Below, in pieces: positions 56,049 through 64,000 of a DNA stretch of 64,000 nt. How positions within the stretch are numbered: position 1 is the stretch's first letter; each line of letters begins with the position of its first letter. The notes beneath the pieces are model-generated. The model was given only the letters and a program-made list of their open reading frames with translations. It searched no databases and had not been told where the DNA came from. The translations under genes and the position numbers were made by a program. This DNA comes from an uncultured bacterium (lineage in GTDB: Bacteria > Actinomycetota > Thermoleophilia > Solirubrobacterales > 70-9): assembly GCA_963701205.1 (NCBI GenBank), contig OY969575.1:975932-1039931 (forward strand), given 5' to 3'.

Positions 56049-56727
56049 CGGCGCGCCAACGCTGAGCCCCAACGCGCGGGCCCAGCTTGAGGTCGTGCTT
56101 GGCCTGCTGGCCACGGACCCGCGCTCGCTGACCTCGGTTCGCGACCCGCAGGCGGCCTGGCGGGCGCACGTTGCCGACTCGGCTGCGGGGCTCGAGATTC
56201 CTGCTCTTCGCGAAGCCGGGCAAATCGCTGATCTTGGCTCTGGGGCAGGGTTTCCGGGCCTTGTCATCGCCGTGATGCGCCCCGAGGCGACGGTCACGAT
56301 GATCGAGTCGGTGACGCGCAAGTGCGCCTTCATCCGCGAGGCCGCCACGGCCGCCGAGATTCCCAACGCGCTGGTGGTTGACGCACGCTCTGAGGACCAT
56401 GCCAAGGCCAGCGGGAAGGAGGCCTACGACGTCGTCACGGCGCGGGCGGTGGGGCGCCTGGCGACGCTGGCGGAGCTTGCATCGCCCCTGCTTTTGGACG
56501 GCGGCTGCCTGATTGCGTGGAAGGGGAAGCGCGATTCGGATGAGGAGGCGGAGCTGGACCGCGCCGGGGAGGGCACGGCGATGGCGCTCACGGCGGTGCA
56601 TGCGCCCGCCGATACCGGCTACGAGCACCGCCACCTCTACGTCGTCGCCAAGACCGGCGACACTCCGGCTGACCTGCCGCGGCGGCCCGGCGTGGCCAAG
56701 AAGCGCCCGTTCGGAGCACTGACCTAG
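56029..56727 (+). CDS. rsmG: 16S rRNA (guanine527-N7)-methyltransferase
   Basis: 232-aa ORF. GidB motifs (IADLGSGAGFPGLVIAV, VVTARAV). Start uncertain (20-nt overlap with jag). Confidence 0.85.
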   Translation: MPPPPSSGAPTLSPNARAQLEVVLGLLATDPRSLTSVRDPQAAWRAHVADSAAGLEIPALREAGQIADLGSGAGFPGLVIAVMRPEATVTMIESVTRKCAFIREAATAAEIPNALVVDARSEDHAKASGKEAYDVVTARAVGRLATLAELASPLLLDGGCLIAWKGKRDSDEEAELDRAGEGTAMALTAVHAPADTGYEHRHLYVVAKTGDTPADLPRRPGVAKKRPFGALT

Positions 56728-56748
56728 GCTCGCGCTACGCTCGCGGCG

Positions 56749-57576
56749 ATGGGTGCCGTCTACGCGATCGCAAATCAGAAGGGGGGAGTCGGCAAGACGA
56801 CGACGGCCGTCAACCTTGCGTGCTGCGTTGCGGCCAGCGGCAACCAGGTGTTGCTGGCCGACCTCGACCAGCAGGCCAATGCGACGGTCGCGCTCGGGCT
56901 CGACCGCGATACCACCCCGTCGTCTTATGACTGCCTGGTGGGCGGTACCTCGATCGCCGAGGCCGCGCGACCGGCCGGCCCCGACAACCTGTGGGTGGTT
57001 CCGGCCAGCCGGGACCTGGCGGGCGCATCGGTCGAGCTGCCTCGCATGGAGGCGATGGAGACGCGTCTTCGCGACGGGCTCGGGCCTGTACGTGAGCGCT
57101 TTGCTCTGACCTTGCTCGACTGCCCGCCTTCGCTCGGGCCGGTGACGGTCAACGCGCTGACCGCGGCCGACCGCGTGTTGGTGCCCGTGCAGGCGGAGTA
57201 CCTGGCGCTCGAGGGCCTCGTCCAGTTCCTGGAGACGCTCGAGATGACCCGCCGCCAGCTGAATCCGTCGCTCGTTCTGACCGGAGTCGTGATCACCATG
57301 CACGATGAAAGGACCCGCCTCGCACAGGACGTCGAGGCCGAGTTGAGATCCCACTTCCCCGAACTGGTGTTCGATACCGTGATTCCCCGCAGCGTTCGAG
57401 TGGCCGAGGCGCCCAGCTTCGGCCTACCCGTAGGCGACCATGCCCCCGCGTCCCGTGGGGCGCTTGCATACGAGGCGCTGGCTGCTGAGCTGGCGCAACG
57501 GGAGGCGGCGGATCGCCAGCGGCGCGCATTGCCACAGGACATAAGCCCCGGACCAATCATGGAGGTCGAAGCATGA
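56749..57576 (+). CDS. parA: chromosome partitioning ATPase ParA/Soj
   Basis: 275-aa ORF. Deviant Walker A (NQKGGVGKTTT), ParA motifs (LLDCPPSLG, IPRSVRVAEAPSFG). Confidence 0.9.
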   Translation: MGAVYAIANQKGGVGKTTTAVNLACCVAASGNQVLLADLDQQANATVALGLDRDTTPSSYDCLVGGTSIAEAARPAGPDNLWVVPASRDLAGASVELPRMEAMETRLRDGLGPVRERFALTLLDCPPSLGPVTVNALTAADRVLVPVQAEYLALEGLVQFLETLEMTRRQLNPSLVLTGVVITMHDERTRLAQDVEAELRSHFPELVFDTVIPRSVRVAEAPSFGLPVGDHAPASRGALAYEALAAELAQREAADRQRRALPQDISPGPIMEVEA

Positions 57577-58436
57577 GCACCCAGCCAAAACGCGGAATGG
57601 GCCGAGGCCTGTCAGCGATTCTGCCGATGCCAGGCGAGGTCGGCGAGCCGGCCCTGCGCCACATTCCGCCGGATCTCGTTCTGCCGAACCCGTCACAGCC
57701 GCGCCGGCGGTTTAACCCGCAGACGATCTCATCGCTCGCCGACTCGCTGCGCGAGGCAGGCGTGATCCAGCCGCTGATCGTCAGGCCGCTGACCGACGGG
57801 CGCTACGAGATCATCGCCGGCGAGCGGCGTTGGCGCGCGGCGAAGGAGGCCGGGCTCGAGACGGTTCCGGTCCTGCTTAGAACCGAGGACGAGCCCCAGC
57901 GAATGCAGACGGCGTTGATCGAAAACGTCGCCCGCGAGCAGCTCAATCCTGTTGACGAGGCACGGGCCTGCCTGACCCTGGTCGAGGACCTCGGTCTGAC
58001 CAAGGAGGAGCTCGGCAAGCGTCTTGGCCGTAGCCGCGCGGCGCTCTCCAACCTGATCCGGATCCTCGACCTGCCCGACGAAGCGCTCGCGCTGATCGAG
58101 GCCGACGAGCTCTCCGAGGGCCATGGTCGCGCCCTCCTGATCGCGAAGTCGGCTGACGATCGGGCCGCGCTTGCCCGCGAGGCCGCCCGCCAGGGTTGGT
58201 CGGTGCGCGAGACCGAACGCCGGGCCAATGCGGGGCCGACGGCTCGTCCGAAGCTCAAGATCCTGCCCGACCCCGACCTGGTCGATGCGCTCGAGCGGGC
58301 CGAGGACGCGCTCGAAACGGCGCTCGGTCACGGGATCAAGATCCGGCCGGCGGGCAAGGGCGGCGCAATCCGTGCCGAGCTTCGCTTTGACGACCTCGAC
58401 GAGCTCCAGGCGTTCGTCGACGACCGCCGCCCCTAG
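57573..58436 (+). CDS. parB: chromosome partitioning protein ParB/Spo0J
   Basis: 287-aa ORF, ATGA overlap with parA. ParB boxes (PNPSQPRRRF, IQPLIVRP, YEIIAGERRWRAA) and HTH (EELGKRLGRSRAALSNLIR). Confidence 0.9.
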   Translation: MSTQPKRGMGRGLSAILPMPGEVGEPALRHIPPDLVLPNPSQPRRRFNPQTISSLADSLREAGVIQPLIVRPLTDGRYEIIAGERRWRAAKEAGLETVPVLLRTEDEPQRMQTALIENVAREQLNPVDEARACLTLVEDLGLTKEELGKRLGRSRAALSNLIRILDLPDEALALIEADELSEGHGRALLIAKSADDRAALAREAARQGWSVRETERRANAGPTARPKLKILPDPDLVDALERAEDALETALGHGIKIRPAGKGGAIRAELRFDDLDELQAFVDDRRP

Positions 58437-58449
58437 CGCTCGGCTAGGG
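58431..58449. terminator. short hairpin spanning the convergent parB and pdxH stop codons
   Basis: CCCTAGC-GCTCG-GCTAGGG (7-bp stem). An alternative pairing is GGCTAG-GGGC-CTAGCC (58442-58457). No U-tract, so function is uncertain. Confidence 0.25.
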
Positions 58450-59064
58450 GCCTAGCCGGCCGATCCGCCAGCCGCCGCCGCCAACGCGTTCATAGACGAA
58501 GCGGTCATGCAGGCGCCCGACCTGGCCCTGCCAGAACTCGAAGCGGTCGGGTCGCAGGACGTAGCCGCCCCAATGCGGTGGCCGCGGAACCGCCTGGTTG
58601 GCGAAGCGTTCGGTGGCGGCGACATGCAGGGCGTCCAGCTCGGCCCGATCGCGAAGCGGCTGGCTTTGCGGTGAGGCCCAGGCCCCGAGCTGTGAGTCGC
58701 GGGGGCGCTCAGCGAAGTAGGCGTCCGACGCGGCGCCGGGAAGTTCGCTGACCGGGCCCCGCAGGCGCACCTGGCGGTCAAGCTCGCGCCAGTAAAGGAC
58801 GAGCGCGGCCCGGGGGATGGCTGCGAGCTGCTCGCCCTTTGCGGAATCGCCGTTGGTGAAGAATCGAAAGCCGTCGGGTCCAAAGCCCTTGAGCAGGACC
58901 ATCCGCGCGTCCGGAGCGCCAGCGTTGTCGGCGGTCGCCAGCGTCATCGCGTCGCAAAGCGGGACCTCGGCGCGCGCCAGATCCCACCAGGATTCGAACT
59001 GCGCGACCGGATCGTCGGCGAGTGAATCGCGGTCCAGTCTGGGCATGTCGGGCCGGCGCGGCAT
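58444..59064 (-). CDS. pdxH: pyridoxamine 5'-phosphate oxidase
   Basis: ORF 58444..59109. PdxH motifs (PVAQFESWW, RMVLLKG, FRFFTN, KGEQL, IEFWQG-type FEFWQGQ, RLHDR). Start ATG 59064 or 59046. Confidence 0.8.
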   Translation of the reverse strand: MPRRPDMPRLDRDSLADDPVAQFESWWDLARAEVPLCDAMTLATADNAGAPDARMVLLKGFGPDGFRFFTNGDSAKGEQLAAIPRAALVLYWRELDRQVRLRGPVSELPGAASDAYFAERPRDSQLGAWASPQSQPLRDRAELDALHVAATERFANQAVPRPPHWGGYVLRPDRFEFWQGQVGRLHDRFVYERVGGGGWRIGRLGP

Positions 59065-59120
59065 CTTCTGCGAGCAGGCTACCCCGGCCCGCACCCGAGG
59101 CTCGTACAATGCCCAGCCGC

Positions 59121-59194
<74 letters not shown>

Positions 59195-59330
59195 CTTTCG
59201 TTGCGACTCAGGGGTTGATTAGTTGCAATGTGGCCGTCGGCGATCAGGCCGCAGCGACGGCCACGGCAGCCCTCGCGTCGGGCCTGGCGGTGTTCCCTGT
59301 CGATGCGGCGGCTGTGTAGGGTCTCGCGCC

Positions 59331-59756
59331 ATGCAAACCGTCCATGTCCAAAAGGACTTTTCCGCCCCGCCCGAGCGAATCTTCGCCTACCTCTCCGATC
59401 ACGAGAACCTGAGCGCCGTCTTTGCGCCGGCGAAGGTCAAGCGCATCAAGGAGGGGGAGGGCGATCCGAACGGCGTGGGGTCCGTGCGGCGTCTCAGCTT
59501 CTTCGGCGCGCTTCCGTTTGAGGAGACGGTGACGGTGAGCACTCCCAACGAGCGGATCGAGTACGAGATCACCAAGGGCACGCCGCTTCGCGATCACCAC
59601 GGAACGATGCTGTTCTCGCCCACCGGCGCCGGTGGAACCCACCTCGACTACACGATCACCCTCGACGCTGCGATCCCCGGCTTGGCGGCGTTCGTGGCGG
59701 CAACTCTTCGCCGCGCGATCGCCAAGGGGCTCGCAAAGGTGGACTCCGCGCTCTAG
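59331..59756 (+). CDS. SRPBCC (START/polyketide-cyclase-like) family protein
   Basis: ORF 59223..59756, trimmed to ATG 59331 (MQTVHVQKDFSAPPERIFAYLSDHENL...), a typical SRPBCC N-terminus. Confidence 0.55.
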   Translation: MQTVHVQKDFSAPPERIFAYLSDHENLSAVFAPAKVKRIKEGEGDPNGVGSVRRLSFFGALPFEETVTVSTPNERIEYEITKGTPLRDHHGTMLFSPTGAGGTHLDYTITLDAAIPGLAAFVAATLRRAIAKGLAKVDSAL

Positions 59757-59815
59757 CGACGCCTGTGCAGGGGGCCCGGAGGGGCCTCGAATCCGCACCT
59801 ATACTCCGCTAGGCG

Positions 59816-60307
59816 ATGCAAAGGATGCAGATCTACGGCGTCAGCTTCGACATGGTCGGCAAGCAGCCGATCGTCCTGTTGAAAACGACCGACGGCAACC
59901 GGTTTCTCCCGATCTGGATCGGCCACCCCGAAGCGGCGGCGATCCTGATGAAGCTTCAGGGCGCATCCACGCCGCGGCCGATGACCCACGACTTGCTCAC
60001 GGACCTGCTCGAACAGCTCGACGCCAAGTGCGAGCGCGTCTCGGTCACCGAGCTTCGCGACAACACCTTCTACGCCTCGATCACCATCACCGTCAACGGG
60101 ACCGAGATCGAGATCGACTCCCGGCCATCCGATGCGATCGCGCTTGCGGTGCGCTGCCAGGCGCCGATTTTCGCCGCCGAGGACGTGATCGAGGAGTCGT
60201 CGATCGAGTTCGAACACGAGGTTGAAGACCAAGACGAGGTGGTCGAGAAGTTCAAGGACTTCCTCGACGAAGTCACGCCGGAGGACTTCGCCAACGGCGA
60301 GGAGTAG
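59816..60307 (+). CDS. bifunctional nuclease family (DUF151) protein
   Basis: 163-aa ORF. DUF151 pattern (PIVLLKTTDGNRFLPIWIGHPEAAAI..., RPMTHDLL, RPSDAIALAVR), acidic tail. Confidence 0.7.
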   Translation: MQRMQIYGVSFDMVGKQPIVLLKTTDGNRFLPIWIGHPEAAAILMKLQGASTPRPMTHDLLTDLLEQLDAKCERVSVTELRDNTFYASITITVNGTEIEIDSRPSDAIALAVRCQAPIFAAEDVIEESSIEFEHEVEDQDEVVEKFKDFLDEVTPEDFANGEE

Positions 60308-60311
60308 CCCC

Positions 60312-61706
60312 GTGCCGCCCGACACTGCCCTGCCGCCCGGACCCCGCTACCCGGTACTGATCCAGGGCGTCGGCTTATGGACCAGGCCGCTCGCCTACAT
60401 GGAGCGCTGCCGCGAGCGCTACGGCAAGCGCTTCACCATTCGCTTCCCGTTCACGCCGCCGTTCGTGATGATCACGGAACCCGAGCAGGTCAAGCAGATC
60501 TTCATGGCCCCACCCGATGTCCTGCACCCAGGCGAGGGCGCCCGGGTGCTGCAACCGATCGTCGGCCACAACTCGGTGATTCTCCTCGATGGCGATGCCC
60601 ATATGGAGCAACGCAAGCTGATCCTGCCCGCCTTCCACGGCGAGAAGATGGCCCGCCTTGCCGATCTCGTTGAGTCCGTGACCGAGGAGGAGATCGCCGG
60701 CTGGGGCGGCGTGAGCCAGCTTCACCCGCGCCTGCAGGCGCTGACCCTGGAGATCATCCTGCGCGCGGTCTTCGGCCTCGACCCAGGGCCGCGACTCGAC
60801 GCCTTGCGCGACGCCCTGGCACGCTTCCTGGCCTTTGGGGACCACCCGATGACGCTGATCCCGCCCCCAAGTAACCCGGAGACGAATGACCGTGTGCTCC
60901 GGCTGCTCAGCCGCGCCGGACCGCTCAAGGGTTTCATGGCGCTTCGCGAGCAAGTGGACGGGCTGATCTTCGAACAGATCAACGAGCGTCGCCGCGACAG
61001 CAGTGGTCGCGACGACGTTTTGGCGATGCTTTTGGCCGCGCGCCACGAGGACGACTCGCCGATGACCGACCAGGAGCTTCGCGACGAGCTGATGACGCTG
61101 TTGGTCGCCGGCCACGAGACGACCGCGTCGAGCCTCGCCTGGGGCCTTGAGCGTCTTAGCCGGGAACCCGCGGTGGCCGAGCAACTGACCGCCGAGGGCG
61201 ACGACGACGCCTACCTGACCGCCACGATCCAGGAAGTCCTGCGCCGCCGACCGGTGCTTCCCAACGCGGCGCCGCGGCTCGTCAAACAGGCGGTGGAGGT
61301 GGGCGAGTGGAGCTACCCGCCAGGGGTCGCGCTTGTGCCCTGCGCGTACCTGATCCACCACGACGCCGATGTCTACGACGACCCCTACGCCTTTCGCCCG
61401 GAACGCTTTCTCGACTCACCGCCTGGCACCTACACCTGGATTCCGTTCGGCGGCGGGCGCCGCCGCTGCATCGGGATGAGCTTCGCGATGCTCGAGATGA
61501 AGATCGTCATGCGCAGCGTCGTCGGCTCCTACGAGATCTGCGCTCTCACCCCTGGCGGCGAGTTGCCACGCCGGCGCAACATCACAATCCGCCCGGGCCA
61601 GGGCGCCCGGCTTGATCTGCGAGCCGGCGCTACATCGCGAACGTCAGCCCGTGTTCCTCGCAAAGCCGGGGCACGCTCTCCGGGTCCATCTCCAGCCCGT
61701 ACTTAG
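60312..61706 (+). CDS. cytochrome P450
   Basis: ORF 60222..61706. GTG 60312 is 5 nt after the preceding stop. I-helix (LLVAGHETTASSL), EXXR (EVLRR), heme loop FGGGRRRCIGMSFA. Confidence 0.85.
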   Translation: MPPDTALPPGPRYPVLIQGVGLWTRPLAYMERCRERYGKRFTIRFPFTPPFVMITEPEQVKQIFMAPPDVLHPGEGARVLQPIVGHNSVILLDGDAHMEQRKLILPAFHGEKMARLADLVESVTEEEIAGWGGVSQLHPRLQALTLEIILRAVFGLDPGPRLDALRDALARFLAFGDHPMTLIPPPSNPETNDRVLRLLSRAGPLKGFMALREQVDGLIFEQINERRRDSSGRDDVLAMLLAARHEDDSPMTDQELRDELMTLLVAGHETTASSLAWGLERLSREPAVAEQLTAEGDDDAYLTATIQEVLRRRPVLPNAAPRLVKQAVEVGEWSYPPGVALVPCAYLIHHDADVYDDPYAFRPERFLDSPPGTYTWIPFGGGRRRCIGMSFAMLEMKIVMRSVVGSYEICALTPGGELPRRRNITIRPGQGARLDLRAGATSRTSARVPRKAGARSPGPSPART

Positions 61707-62190
61707 CAGCCAGGGGCCCGAGTTCTTCGGGGTTGAAGTCGGGGGCAACCTGGAGCTGCCCCAGTTCATCGAAGAAGTGCTCAAAGCCGCCGGGGGCGAT
61801 GATTTCAAGGATCCGACACGGTTCATCGCCCGCATTCCAGAACGTGTGCCACTGGTCGCGGGGCTTGAACGCGAAATCACCGGCGTCGGCGTAGACAACG
61901 TCATCGCCAAGCTGCGCCCCCATCCGCCCTTCGAGGACAAAGCTGTACTCGTCCTCACGCGAGTGCCGGTGCAAAGGAGCGCACAGGCTGCGGGGCGGAA
62001 TCGGGTGTTCCACGAGCGAAAAGCCGCCGCCGGTCTCCTCCGTCCAGGTCATGAACCTGACGCCAAGGCCCCCGAGGTCGCGGTAGAGCCCGTCGTCGGG
62101 TCCGACGATCCGGGGTCCCTGCGTTGCGTCAAATCGACGTGGCGCGGTGCTGGGTTCCATTGGTGGCGCTCCCTTGCTTTCGTTGAACAC
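61630..62190 (-). CDS. cupin domain protein
   Basis: 186-aa ORF (alternative ATG 62160). Cupin motifs (PLHRHSREDEYSFVLEG, GDFAFKPRDQWHTFWN). 3' end overlaps the P450 3' end by 77 nt. Confidence 0.65.
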   Translation of the reverse strand: MFNESKGAPPMEPSTAPRRFDATQGPRIVGPDDGLYRDLGGLGVRFMTWTEETGGGFSLVEHPIPPRSLCAPLHRHSREDEYSFVLEGRMGAQLGDDVVYADAGDFAFKPRDQWHTFWNAGDEPCRILEIIAPGGFEHFFDELGQLQVAPDFNPEELGPLAAKYGLEMDPESVPRLCEEHGLTFAM

Positions 62191-62248
62191 TGCTGTGCGG
62201 CGAAGCTAGCACACGTCGCTGCGGTCTGTCAATATTCATTGAACGCCG

Positions 62249-62854
62249 ATGACTACGCAAAGCACCACCCGCACCTATCGGAAGCGGCGTCGAGCGGAAC
62301 AGGAGGCCGCCACCCGGCTCCGGATCACGGAGGCGGCCGTCGCGCTCCACGGATCGGTCGGACCGGCCCGGACGACGATTAAGGCCCTCGCCGACACTGC
62401 GGGAGTTCAGCGGGCAACCGTTTACCGGCACTTCCCCGACGAGGAATCGCTCTTCCTCGCATGTACGTCGCACTGGTCCGCGCAGAATCCGGCGCCTTCA
62501 CCGGACGATTGGCTACCGATCGCCGACCCAGACGAGCGTTTGCGAGTTGGCTTGGCCGATCTATACACCTGGTTTAAGCGGGCCGAGCCGATGCTCGTCA
62601 ACTCCCTGCGCGACGCGGCCTTCGTCCCGGCGATGGGCCCCGCGGCTGCGGCATTCGACGAGCAATTCGCGACTCTCCACGCGGCGCTGGTCAGGGGACG
62701 TCCCGAGCGGGGACGCCGCCGCACGCGCGTGGCCGCCGCGATCGGGCACGCCATCGCCTTTACGAGCTGGATGTCGCTGACGCGCGAGAACGGTCTCAGC
62801 GACAGCGAGGCCATCGATTTGATGGCGGCCACGGTGGACGCGGCGCGCAGGTAG
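62249..62854 (+). CDS. TetR/AcrR-family transcriptional regulator
   Basis: 201-aa ORF. N-terminal HTH (TIKALADTAGVQRATVYRHFPDEESLF). Divergent from the cupin gene. Confidence 0.8.
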   Translation: MTTQSTTRTYRKRRRAEQEAATRLRITEAAVALHGSVGPARTTIKALADTAGVQRATVYRHFPDEESLFLACTSHWSAQNPAPSPDDWLPIADPDERLRVGLADLYTWFKRAEPMLVNSLRDAAFVPAMGPAAAAFDEQFATLHAALVRGRPERGRRRTRVAAAIGHAIAFTSWMSLTRENGLSDSEAIDLMAATVDAARR

Positions 62855-62883
62855 CCCACCGATCCGGCGGCGGCCGCGTTAGG

Positions 62884-63798
62884 TCAGCAGGGCAACTCGA
62901 CGATTCGCTCGCAGAGATCCTCGAATCCGATCCCCGCCGCCTCGGCCGCCATTGGAAAGAGCGAGGTGTCCGTCAATCCGGGCACCGCGTTCACCTCAAG
63001 CACCTGCGGGCCCTCGCTGCCAAGGATCAGGTCAACCCGGACGAATCCCTCGCAGCCAAGCGCCTGCCAGGTCGCCCGGGCGGCGTCGCTGACCGCCGCC
63101 TCGTCGGCGCCAAGCTCAGCCGGGCAGCTGAACTCGGTACGGCCGATCTCGTAGCGGGCCTCGTATGAGTAGCGGTCCTCGTCGCGAGGCATGATCTCGA
63201 CAATCGGAAGCACCTCGCCATCGAGCATCCCAACCGAAAGCTCGCGGCCTTCGACATAGCGCTCGAGTACGACCCGGGCGTCGTAGGAAAGCGCCGAGAC
63301 GATCGCCGCAGGAACGTCCTCGCGGCTGCGCGCAAACCGGACCCCCAGGGCCGAGCCACCGCGCGCGGGCTTGACAACCAGCGGAAAGCCAAGTCGCTCC
63401 TCGATCTCATCGAGCGCATCGGCGGCGCCCAGCTCGGCAAAAGCGGTCTGCGAGAAGCTGACCCAGTCCGCGGTGGGGATCCCGGCCTCGCGCAGCTCCT
63501 GCTTGGCTTGGGCCTTATCCATCGCCTTGCGGCAGGCGCTGACGCCGGGGCCGGTGTGGGGGATACCCAGAATCTCCAGCAGCTCCTGCACCGTTCCGTC
63601 CTCGCCGTCGGCGCCGTGGAGGGCCACGAACGCGACGTCGGGCGAAGCCTCCTTCAAGCGTCGAACGAGATCATCGCCGGCGTCGATCGGAATCACCTCG
63701 TGCCCGCTTTGCGCCAGCGCATCCTCGACCCGGGCGCCCGAGCGCAGGCTGACCTGGCGCTCAAGCGAGCGGCCGCCCTTCAGCACCGCGACCTTCAT
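62884..63798 (-). CDS. ddl: D-alanine--D-alanine ligase (copy 2, short DdlB-like form)
   Basis: 304-aa ORF. MKVAVLKGGRSLERQVSLRSG, ALHGADGEDGTVQELLE, VKPARGGSALGV, EVNAVPGLT. ATGA overlap with the upstream aminotransferase gene. Confidence 0.85.
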   Translation of the reverse strand: MKVAVLKGGRSLERQVSLRSGARVEDALAQSGHEVIPIDAGDDLVRRLKEASPDVAFVALHGADGEDGTVQELLEILGIPHTGPGVSACRKAMDKAQAKQELREAGIPTADWVSFSQTAFAELGAADALDEIEERLGFPLVVKPARGGSALGVRFARSREDVPAAIVSALSYDARVVLERYVEGRELSVGMLDGEVLPIVEIMPRDEDRYSYEARYEIGRTEFSCPAELGADEAAVSDAARATWQALGCEGFVRVDLILGSEGPQVLEVNAVPGLTDTSLFPMAAEAAGIGFEDLCERIVELPC

Positions 63799-64000
63799 CC
63801 TTCGTCCTCGCGCCGCCGCATCGGCACGACGTCGCCACCCGGTTCAGGTGCCGGAGTCTCGACAACCTCGTGCACTCCGGTGATCGATTCGTAGAGGTCA
63901 ACCTGCTCGGCGATCACCCGGCCGATCCGCTTGATCCCCTCGCGGATCTCGTCCTCGTCGGAGGCCGAGAAGTTGAGCCGCATCGAGTTGCGCCCGACCG
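63795..64000 (-). CDS. C-terminal part of a PLP-dependent class I/II aminotransferase-like protein (runs off the window)
   Basis: The frame stays open to the window edge (...VGRNSMRLNFSASDEDEIREGIKRIGRVI...). The RLNFS...EGI..L pattern is typical of aminotransferase C-termini. Confidence 0.5.
   Translation of the reverse strand, partial: VGRNSMRLNFSASDEDEIREGIKRIGRVIAEQVDLYESITGVHEVVETPAPEPGGDVVPMRRREDEG

Noticed and set aside
55446-57354. 319-aa and 468-aa minus-strand ORFs opposite jag/rsmG/parA
   Set aside because: Antisense to conserved origin-region genes, with low-complexity Arg-rich translation.
59195-59330. tRNA-Ile 3' flank as an integration hotspot or genomic-island border
   Set aside because: No integrase, no direct repeat of the tRNA 3' end (only an 8-nt TCGAATCC chance match at ~59788) and no compositional break. 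The 10-bp-stem hairpin GTGGCCGTCG-N15-CGACGGCCAC (59230-59264) is more simply a tRNA transcript terminator/processing stem.

Overview
GC-rich, very gene-dense chromosomal segment; almost every gene junction is under 70 nt or a 4-nt ATGA/GTGA overlap. It spans the replication-origin neighbourhood of an actinobacterium-type genome. The taxon is an inference from the fhaA-fhaB-pstP-rodA-pbpA-pknB operon plus origin-region synteny; it could be a deep-branching lineage. On the plus strand rpmH-rnpA-yidD-yidC-jag-rsmG-parA-parB diverge from dnaA-dnaN-recF-DUF721(DciA-like)-gyrB-gyrA on the minus strand, with the switch point at 53826-53991. Leftwards lie pheA and an HNH endonuclease, then the cell-wall Ser/Thr-kinase operon, here with an extra polytopic kinase at its 5' end and ddl appended at its 3' end. 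Next come a third kinase, a purM-like gene and a dedA-uppP pair, then a ~14.5 kb Wzx/Wzy-type glycan cluster (13178-27604). Further left are a PGRP-type amidase, DUF3105, an alpha/beta hydrolase, metF, a secreted Ntn (AHL/penicillin-type) acylase and a five-gene second-messenger unit (nucleotide cyclase, NTF2-like, Cache kinase, REC, REC-PAS-GGDEF-EAL). Rightwards lie pdxH, tRNA-Ile(GAT), SRPBCC, a bifunctional-nuclease-family gene, P450/cupin/TetR and a second ddl coupled to an aminotransferase. I saw no rRNA, CRISPR array, transposase/integrase or recognisable defence system. Most overlapping ORFs in the six-frame track are GC-driven antisense or extended-start artefacts; the track shows GTG/TTG starts as M. 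The observations most worth follow-up are: the glycan cluster with tandem LytR_C-only proteins; the rearranged kinase operon, including a probable non-canonical ATC start for fhaA; the compact oriC candidates; a long structured spacer at 6382-6869; and an orphan perfect Shine-Dalgarno hairpin with a micro-ORF downstream of gyrA. All domain calls come from motif recognition by eye, not from searches.
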